A DNA stretch of 13,828 nucleotides, taken from NCBI GenBank assembly GCA_964236955.1, contig CAXSGP010000113.1, forward strand, positions 1-13,828, written 5' to 3'. Below, in pieces: positions 7,379 to 13,828 of the stretch. How positions within the stretch are numbered: the stretch's first letter is position 1; every line of letters begins with the position of its first letter. The notes under the pieces are model-generated. The model was given only the letters and a program-made list of their open reading frames with translations, was not told the origin of the DNA and made no database searches. Source of the DNA: an uncultured Oligoflexus sp. (GTDB taxonomy: Bacteria; Bdellovibrionota_B; Oligoflexia; Oligoflexales; Oligoflexaceae). The position numbers were made by a program, and so were the translations under genes.

Positions 7379-8374
7379 ATGCAACTTAGTAATGCGATAG
7401 CCAGCGCTATTAGTCAAAAATCCTTTGAATTGATCCTGCTCCCAACCGAGCAGTGCAATTTCCGCTGCTTTTATTGTTATGAAGATTTTAAGCTCAAGAC
7501 AATGAAGCGAAGTACGATCGATGCTGTTAAGAATTTTATCACCCGTCGGGGTGATCTCGATCATTTTTCGATATCCTGGTTCGGCGGTGAACCTATGCTG
7601 GCCATGCCGGTTATTGAAGAGATTTCGGATCACGTCAAATCTCTGGTCGATCGTGGTCAGTTCAAAAAGTTTCAATCGGCGATTACCACAAACGGCTTCT
7701 TTCTGACCAATGATAATCTTGACACTCTCTATAAATCAGGAGTCAAGAAATTCCAGATCACCTTGGATGGTGACACGGAAACCCACGACAGTTTGAGAAA
7801 AGACTCAAAAGGGCGGGGCACTTTTTATACCATTTGGGCTCACCTAGAAAATATCAAACGGCGAACCGACCTTTTTGATGTAGAGGTTTATTTGCGCCTC
7901 CACTATCAGCCTTCGACCGTTTCCAGGATTAAAGCTTTCGTTCCTGAAATCGATTCGGCCTTTCTTGATGATTCCCGCTTTAAACTCCTCTTTCACAGTG
8001 TAGAGCCGCTTGGTGGTCCAAATGATCAGATCTTGAAGCAAATGTCTCGCGTTGAAAAATCTCAATTGGAAGCAGAATTTCAGGAGTTGATGTCGCATGG
8101 CCGGCAATTGGCAAAGAGCTTTATTCAGTCAGATGGCGCCTATATCTGCTATGCGGCCAAGGTCAATTCTTTGATCATTCGATCCAATGGGAGTTTAGCC
8201 AAATGCACAGTTGCTTTTTCCGATACCCGCAATAGCGTGGGAACTCTCGTTGCTGACGGAAGCCTGATTGTCGACGGCAAAAAAATGAGCGGATGGATTG
8301 ATAGCCTTAAAAGCAAAGACCTTAAACAGCTTGCTTGTCCCTATTCCTTTATGAAGAAGGCCAGTATCAGCTGA
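7379..8374 (+). CDS. Radical SAM enzyme with short C-terminal Twitch/SPASM-like auxiliary-cluster region; putative peptide maturase
   Basis: CxxxCxxC motif CNFRCFYC (nt 7454-7477), WFGGEP, ITTNG, QITLDG. C-terminal CYAAKVNSLIIRSNGSLAKC plus terminal LACP. RBS GAGGAG at 7365-7370. Confidence 0.93.
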   Translation: MQLSNAIASAISQKSFELILLPTEQCNFRCFYCYEDFKLKTMKRSTIDAVKNFITRRGDLDHFSISWFGGEPMLAMPVIEEISDHVKSLVDRGQFKKFQSAITTNGFFLTNDNLDTLYKSGVKKFQITLDGDTETHDSLRKDSKGRGTFYTIWAHLENIKRRTDLFDVEVYLRLHYQPSTVSRIKAFVPEIDSAFLDDSRFKLLFHSVEPLGGPNDQILKQMSRVEKSQLEAEFQELMSHGRQLAKSFIQSDGAYICYAAKVNSLIIRSNGSLAKCTVAFSDTRNSVGTLVADGSLIVDGKKMSGWIDSLKSKDLKQLACPYSFMKKASIS

Positions 8375-8400
8375 TTTGGTGGCATCTCTCGAATTCATTT

Positions 8401-8424
8401 TTTTCGTGAAAGTATTTTCGGAAA
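8401..8424 (+). promoter_or_regulatory. Candidate upstream activator sequence for the exporter promoter
   Basis: TTTTCGTGAA (8401-8410) resembles TTTTCCTGAA (5890-5899). TGAAAGTATTT (8407-8417) matches TGAATGTATTT (5904-5914) at 10/11 positions and starts 88 bp before the -24 GG, versus 89 bp at the first promoter. Confidence 0.45.
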
Positions 8425-8493
8425 TCAGGAATTCGAGGCTCCAATATGCCATAATAAACTAAATAATTATAGATATTTATTCCATTAAATGAA

Positions 8494-8509
8494 TGGAATG
8501 GCGCCTGCA
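8494..8509 (+). promoter_or_regulatory. Second sigma-54 (-24/-12) promoter, upstream of TolC-RND
   Basis: TGGAATGGCGCCTGCA: GG(8495-8496)-N10-GC(8507-8508) with TGG and TGCA flanks. It follows a very AT-rich tract (8450-8493) in the only sizeable gap between the radical SAM and tolC-like genes. Confidence 0.65.
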
Positions 8510-8541
8510 CTAGCTCAATTTCACATTTGATGGGTTGTCGG

Positions 8542-9873
8542 ATGAACCGCATTTTGAATTCAATGCTCCTTGGAACACTTATGCTTTCACCGGGCCTCTA
8601 TGGTGCAGAAAGGCTGAAATTCCAGGAATTCATGGCAGCATTCCGTCGGGATGATCTGGCATTGCAATCGTCCCAGGAGCGGGAACGTATCTGGGAAGAA
8701 TCGCAGCCGGCAATAGGCCTGGGCTGGAATCAAACGGTATCCGCGGATTGGCGACGACTGGATTTCGTACAAAACCATGATCGCACAGATCTTACTGCGG
8801 GACTCGCTCAGGGATCACCCTATGGTGTGAGCGGCACGCTGCAGTATCAAAACCATGATATCTATACCGGCACCAAAACCGAATCTCTGGGCGTGGAAAT
8901 CGATCTGCTCCGCAATCGCTTCGGCTCTGAAACCGCAACGCAAGCTGACCTGCTTGGTCTTAGAAAAAAAATTCTCAATCTCGAATCGATCGAATCAGGA
9001 GTTCAAGCCTGCATGCAGGGTTTGAACCGTGTTTCACGTTTTGTACTCCTTGAGCGACAGGAAGAAATCTATCAGAATATGATCGCTGTGCAACGCCATC
9101 TCAAACAGTATGTGCAAAAGCGCGTGGCCCAGGGTGGTCTGAATCGCGTCGATCTATTGTCGATGGATTCAGAAATTGCGGGCCTCAACAGAGAAATACA
9201 GGCAGTCAGGCAAGCCAAGGCAGAATGGGTGGCCATCGAGACAAACCGGCTTTCCCTTGCTTTTACGGGCCTTGAATTTCCAAGAACCAAGGAATTCCTC
9301 CAATTTGACTTCATCTCCAGGCAGTCTTCGGCCTGGTTGCCAGAACTGGCTCGCCTTCAGCAACAGATCGAAGAATCCCAGACACAAATCAATCTCCTGG
9401 ACGAGCAAAGCCGGGGCAGCTTCAAGGTTTTTGGGCAGGCTATTGATGACCTTCAGGGGCAGTCCGCAACACGTACCGAAATTGGCCTCTCCATTACTAT
9501 TCCTCTCCGGGATGGAGCGCTAACACGAGAAAAAGCTCTGCATAATCTTACAAGTGAATCCCTGCGATCAGAAAAACGCGTTACCGAACAAAAAGCGGCC
9601 CTACTCCTGGCGGAAACGGAAGCCAAAGTAAAAGCTCTAGGACAGCGACTCGATCATGACAATTCGTTCCAGCAGAACAATCGGAACCTGGAGAAATTGT
9701 TGAGCGATCAGTATCAGAAAGGTGCCGTCAGCCTCGATCGATTGTTCCGGCAGCAGGAACTAAGACTTCGTGAAGATCTCGTCCGGGAGCAGGTCCTCTT
9801 TGAATTGCGTTCGGCCCGCAGTATTTACGTCATCATGCAGAAGAATAGTCCCAATTTTTGTGTAGGAGGTTAG
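8542..9873 (+). CDS. TolC-family outer-membrane efflux protein (divergent)
   Basis: Signal peptide MNRILNSMLLGTLMLSPGLYGA (start at ATG 8542 preferred; 8527 and 8530 are possible). Two repeats of beta-strand plus long coiled-coil helices (SLGVEIDLLRN...QGGLNRVDLL; IGLSITIPL...YQKGAVSLDRL). Ends 3 bp upstream of the RND gene. Confidence 0.82.
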   Translation: MNRILNSMLLGTLMLSPGLYGAERLKFQEFMAAFRRDDLALQSSQERERIWEESQPAIGLGWNQTVSADWRRLDFVQNHDRTDLTAGLAQGSPYGVSGTLQYQNHDIYTGTKTESLGVEIDLLRNRFGSETATQADLLGLRKKILNLESIESGVQACMQGLNRVSRFVLLERQEEIYQNMIAVQRHLKQYVQKRVAQGGLNRVDLLSMDSEIAGLNREIQAVRQAKAEWVAIETNRLSLAFTGLEFPRTKEFLQFDFISRQSSAWLPELARLQQQIEESQTQINLLDEQSRGSFKVFGQAIDDLQGQSATRTEIGLSITIPLRDGALTREKALHNLTSESLRSEKRVTEQKAALLLAETEAKVKALGQRLDHDNSFQQNNRNLEKLLSDQYQKGAVSLDRLFRQQELRLREDLVREQVLFELRSARSIYVIMQKNSPNFCVGG

Positions 9874-9876
9874 GCC

Positions 9877-12800
9877 ATGTCTTTGATTAAAATCTTAAGT
9901 AAGCTGCCCGCTGGATTCCTGACTGTTCTCCTACTCGGGATTGGTTCTGCAGTTTATTTTCTGCTACCCGTTCGGACACTACCGGCATTGCCGCCTGATA
10001 CATATTTGATCGAAATCAACTCGCCAGGTTTGACACCCGAGGAGTTTGACAAGCTGATCGCCAACGATCTGGAGCAAGGCTTGATGATCCTGCCTTGTCG
10101 TAAGTACCTGATGAGTTCGGTCCAATCGAACTTTGCCCAGTTTCGGTTTGTCATCAAAGATGGGTGTCAGGAATCCCTCGAAGCTCTCAAGACGCGCATT
10201 TTGGAAACGATAGATGCAAAGAAGGTGAATTGGCCGCATTATACGGAGATTATTCAAAATAAGTTCATCGATCAGCAGGAGCAATGGCAGTACCTTATCG
10301 AGGGAGCTGATGTTAATGATCCGCAAATCAGAGCGTGGCTGAAGAAGCTTGCCACCGATATGCGCACCGTGGAAGAGGTCAAAGCCGTCGATATAAGCAT
10401 GACGGAACCTCAGGCTAATATCGAGATTGATGTCGTAGCCATGAAACGCTTAGGGTTCGATGCTACGTTCATTGCTGAAGTCATTCGTAATCATTTGCGT
10501 GACTCGGTTGTTGGCTCAAGCACCAAGTCCGGGAAAAACTTTCAATTTACGTTCCGCTCGCCTTTGCATGCCGATATCCAGGGATTAAATAGTCTGGTGT
10601 TAAGGACAGAACCAAAACGGATCACTCTCAAAGACATCGCCACGGTGAAGATTGAACAACCTTATGAGGATGTTAAGACATATTACAACGGCAAGCTTGG
10701 AGTTTATCTATTTGTCACAGAAGCTGATCGGGCCGACGTCACCAAACTTAAGTCAGGAATCGCCAGAGTCCTTGATGGATCCATCAGGAATGCGCCGCAT
10801 CCTGTCAGCTACAAGCTGCTTTTGGACCAAAGTCGCTTCATGACCGATCAGGTGCAAAGCATCGGCAATAACGCCTGGGTGGGTGTCGTTTCCATGCTGG
10901 TTTTTTTAGGTCTGGCTATGGGGTTTCGCTCGGCCTTTGCTCAGCTGTTCAGCACCCCGGTTATTGTCGCCAGCACTCTGATTGTAATGTATCTCACGGG
11001 ACAAACAATAAATTTAATCAGTATTATGGGTATGTTCATCGTCCTGGGTATTATGGTTGATGACTCTGTCATCGTGAGCGACACGTATATGCAATGGCGG
11101 CGGAAAGGCTGTACACCAGCCGAAGCCAAAGCGAAAACTACCCGATCGCTTTTTGTCCCGCTTATCATAACTTTCGTCGCAGTTAGTGTTTCACTCTTGC
11201 CGGTGTTCTTCTGGACATCCAGTCTTAGCCATTTTATGAAGCCTATCGCAATTATTTTCATAGCGGCCCTCGGTTTGAGTCTTGTTGAATGTCTCACACT
11301 CCTGCCTACCCACTTGCAAAAGTTGGATCAAGAATACAAGCCGAAGCCCGACCTGCGGGAACGCATCTGGTCAAAAGTTGAAAAAGTATACCTTGGCTTT
11401 CTGAAGCGATTCTTACGCTTTCGTTGGATCTTTGTCCCGCTGTTTTTGATTGGTATGATTGGTGGTGCTTTTTTTGCCGTTAAAAAGCTTAATTTCGTCG
11501 ATAACCTCGGCAATGTCGGGCAACGGCTGAATTTTCACTATCAGGTTTCTAATGCTTCGCACGAGGATATTGCCGCAATCCTGAAGGACATTCCCGATAC
11601 TGTCATGGTAACCACACACCGCCGGGGCATCGCGAAGCATGATAATAAAGAATTATACGGCAAGAACTATGGGAAGATCACCCTAGTCATAGTTGCAAGT
11701 GGTGAAAAAGTCATGAAGTTGAAAGATGAAATTTCAGCCTGGATGAATCAACGTTTGCGGAATCAAGCTGGGCTCGTCTGGTTTGAAGAGGAAAAGAGCA
11801 ACAAGGTTGTAAGGGATTCGGACCTGCTGATCACCCCTCTCTATGTCTCAGCGGATAGTATTCAGGATGCACTTTGGGCAAAGAATCAGCTGGAATCAGC
11901 TGTCAAAACTTTGCCTGGCCTTATAAAACTTGAACAGAACTCAGAACTTTTTGCGGAGCATTGGGTCTTTCGACCCAACTATCAGCGCCTTGCCGAAGTC
12001 GGCATGAGTGTGCGTGAACTGAGCGAACAAACAGGTTTTGAATTGACCCCGCAGTTCCTGGGTCGCATTCCGGTCGCTGGTGATCTCATTGATGTCCGAC
12101 TTGAACTTCAAAATTACGATCAGCTGAGTCCTGAGTCATTGAGAGAACAGTTGTATCACCTTCAGGTTCAACATCCTATTCATCGGGGATTGATCGCTCT
12201 ATCGAAACTCGGCGAGTGGACCAAGGAATTCAGTCAAACTAAAATTGAAAAGCGAAACGGAATACCCTCGATAAAGCTGAGCGCCGAATTTGATCAAACA
12301 AAAACCACCAGGCAATCCGTCTTCGCTGCGCTTGAGAGCATAACTCAGAAAATTCAGCAGCAGAAATCAGGGATCGCGATCAAAACTAATGAAACTCAGG
12401 AAAATCAGAATGAAGAATTCCTGAGCTATGCAATCGAGATAGGTCTAGCAATCGTCCTGATATATGTTTTGGTCGGACTGACGACCGGAAGCTACCTCAA
12501 ACCACTCCTTCTTATCATTGGTCTCCTACCCATTATTGGTTCCGTAATCATTGCACTTTTTATCCACGATCGACCCATCTCGGTACTGATATTTATTGGT
12601 CTTATCAGCGTGTTGGGTATATCACTCAATGATGGTCTGATTATTCTGTTCAAAATAAAAGAGGGTACGGACGAAGGAATTGGAAGTCGCGAAGCGATAT
12701 TGGACGCGATGGGTAGTAAACTCCGGGCCGTCATCATCACTGGAACTTGCGCGGGCATAAGTCTGTTTCCGGTTGCGTATAGTACAGCTGATGTGAATCT

Positions 12801-13002
12801 TTTTGTCCGTCCCATCGCTTTTGGTGCTATGTGGGGACTTTTTGGTTCAGTGCTTCAGGCCCTGCTTCTGTTGCCTTCGCTTTTCGTCATGGAAGCCGAT
12901 GGACGAGCACTGGTCATGAGTTTTAAAAGAAAGTTGGGAAGCATGATGCAAAGAATTTACCTGAGGCCGAAAAAATTACGAATGGACACGGAAAACATAT
13001 AG
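9877..13002 (+). CDS. RND family efflux permease (AcrB/AcrD/AcrF-like)
   Basis: 1041 aa with an N-terminal TM, two large periplasmic loops and two TM bundles. SPGLTPEEFDKLIA, TINLISIMG, TM4 GIMVDDSVIV (paired Asp proton relay), GISLNDGLII, KLRAVIIT, RPIAFGAMWGL. RBS AGGAGG at 9864-9869. Confidence 0.94.
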   Translation: MSLIKILSKLPAGFLTVLLLGIGSAVYFLLPVRTLPALPPDTYLIEINSPGLTPEEFDKLIANDLEQGLMILPCRKYLMSSVQSNFAQFRFVIKDGCQESLEALKTRILETIDAKKVNWPHYTEIIQNKFIDQQEQWQYLIEGADVNDPQIRAWLKKLATDMRTVEEVKAVDISMTEPQANIEIDVVAMKRLGFDATFIAEVIRNHLRDSVVGSSTKSGKNFQFTFRSPLHADIQGLNSLVLRTEPKRITLKDIATVKIEQPYEDVKTYYNGKLGVYLFVTEADRADVTKLKSGIARVLDGSIRNAPHPVSYKLLLDQSRFMTDQVQSIGNNAWVGVVSMLVFLGLAMGFRSAFAQLFSTPVIVASTLIVMYLTGQTINLISIMGMFIVLGIMVDDSVIVSDTYMQWRRKGCTPAEAKAKTTRSLFVPLIITFVAVSVSLLPVFFWTSSLSHFMKPIAIIFIAALGLSLVECLTLLPTHLQKLDQEYKPKPDLRERIWSKVEKVYLGFLKRFLRFRWIFVPLFLIGMIGGAFFAVKKLNFVDNLGNVGQRLNFHYQVSNASHEDIAAILKDIPDTVMVTTHRRGIAKHDNKELYGKNYGKITLVIVASGEKVMKLKDEISAWMNQRLRNQAGLVWFEEEKSNKVVRDSDLLITPLYVSADSIQDALWAKNQLESAVKTLPGLIKLEQNSELFAEHWVFRPNYQRLAEVGMSVRELSEQTGFELTPQFLGRIPVAGDLIDVRLELQNYDQLSPESLREQLYHLQVQHPIHRGLIALSKLGEWTKEFSQTKIEKRNGIPSIKLSAEFDQTKTTRQSVFAALESITQKIQQQKSGIAIKTNETQENQNEEFLSYAIEIGLAIVLIYVLVGLTTGSYLKPLLLIIGLLPIIGSVIIALFIHDRPISVLIFIGLISVLGISLNDGLIILFKIKEGTDEGIGSREAILDAMGSKLRAVIITGTCAGISLFPVAYSTADVNLFVRPIAFGAMWGLFGSVLQALLLLPSLFVMEADGRALVMSFKRKLGSMMQRIYLRPKKLRMDTENI

Positions 13003-13225
13003 CTGGCCTTGCGGAGAGACCCCCCTCCTTGAGACAGCCTATGCTGCCTTTGGCGATCTCTGGAGCAATTCTGAAGCATTATGAGCCAAGTTGGAATTGT
13101 ACCACGAGTTACACAATAGGGGGAGCTAATCCCGCCGATTCATTGGCGACCCACCACACTTGAATCTAGACTTGGATCCATAGCAGTAACGATATGGATT
13201 AAGCGTAGTCAAGAAAGATACCAAA

Positions 13226-13268
13226 CCGTAATCCGCAAGGGTTAAGTGCTTGAGCCCGTAATTCGCAA
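13226..13268. repeat. Imperfect 13-bp direct repeat, 30-bp period
   Basis: CCGTAATCCGCAA (13226-13238) and CCGTAATTCGCAA (13256-13268), 12/13 identical. Confidence 0.55.
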
Positions 13269-13772
13269 AATTCGAGTGGATGCAACTATTTACACTCTGA
13301 AGCCGCTATATCATGATATCCATCAAATGGCATGGCTATGACCGCAATCTTGGGTTGCAGAGCGGCACGTCACATCACACGCAAATGTGTGAACGTTAGT
13401 ATTTATCAGGTATCCAGGTGCAGTCTCCCAGTATAACAGCTCCCACACCACGGCTCGTAAAGTGCCGTACAATGGCATTCGGATAAAATCTATATTTTTT
13501 CCCTTCTTAGTACGCGGTGTCTTTTTATTTCTATCCCGCTGGCTCATTGGTTTATCCGATCGACGTTCATATTTCCGCATTGGCCTTGCTCTTTGCCTGA
13601 TATGAAAGATTGACGCGAGTATTCCATTAACGCAATTTGACAGAAATTGAGACGAATTCATCACAAAGAGTGCTTCGAGATTTCTCACAACGATTGATAG
13701 GGCAGGCCTTAAAATTAATTTTCCATGGCTGTTGGTTAGCTTTTTTTGCAACTATTCAGTTATAAAAAACCA

Positions 13773-13828
13773 TCATTCTTTGATCGCCGATCCATCCGGA
13801 AAATCCAAGGTATCAAATTTATCATCAC
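13773..13828 (-). CDS. Possible 3' end of a convergent gene running in from beyond the window
   Basis: A minus-strand frame is open from the window edge and reads ...DDKFDTLDFPDGSAIKE, with its stop at 13773-13775. Too short to verify. Confidence 0.25.
   Translation of the reverse strand, partial: DDKFDTLDFPDGSAIKE

Noticed and set aside
147..12815. The many 60-174 aa antisense and alternate-frame ORFs (e.g. 832-1212, 4048-4572, 4947-5369, 6785-7297, 9176-9523)
   Set aside because: They lie largely or entirely within well-supported + strand genes and show no motifs. Treated as shadow ORFs.
13007..13240. MITE bounded by the 9-bp inverted repeat CCTTGCGGA/TCCGCAAGG
   Set aside because: The repeat is short enough to arise by chance, with no target-site duplication seen and no transposase nearby.
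13323..13751. 142-aa minus-strand ORF
   Set aside because: TTG start without RBS, no recognisable motif, and atypical composition. Likely spurious or a degraded remnant.
1..13828. CRISPR array, tRNA, rRNA, integrase or transposase
   Set aside because: No regularly spaced repeats, cloverleaf or rRNA signatures, or recombinase motifs were seen by eye.

Overview
Bacterial (Gram-negative-type) accessory locus with all nine supported genes on the + strand, in three blocks. Block 1 (11-5517): JmjC/cupin Fe(II)/2-oxoglutarate oxygenase, lipoprotein-like S8 subtilase, membrane sensor histidine kinase and sigma-54 enhancer-binding response regulator. Block 2 (6066-8374): a sigma-54 (-24/-12) promoter followed by a 79-aa signal-peptide-bearing peptide ending ...LSDGDLVAWNILNYECKGEMEA, an M29-aminopeptidase-fold protein and a radical SAM enzyme with a short Cys-containing (Twitch/SPASM-like) C-terminus. 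Block 3 (8542-13002): a second sigma-54-like promoter, a TolC-like outer-membrane protein and an RND permease, with no periplasmic adaptor gene in the window. Both promoters carry the same upstream motif (TGAAWGTATTT) at almost the same distance. The best reading, by inference, is a self-regulated RiPP or peptide-signal system of a class I do not recognise: precursor, radical SAM, M29-fold partner, oxygenase, protease, exporter and a cognate two-component system. The last ~800 bp have no convincing gene but contain a cluster of short hairpins. Family calls come from motif recognition only; no database searches were run.
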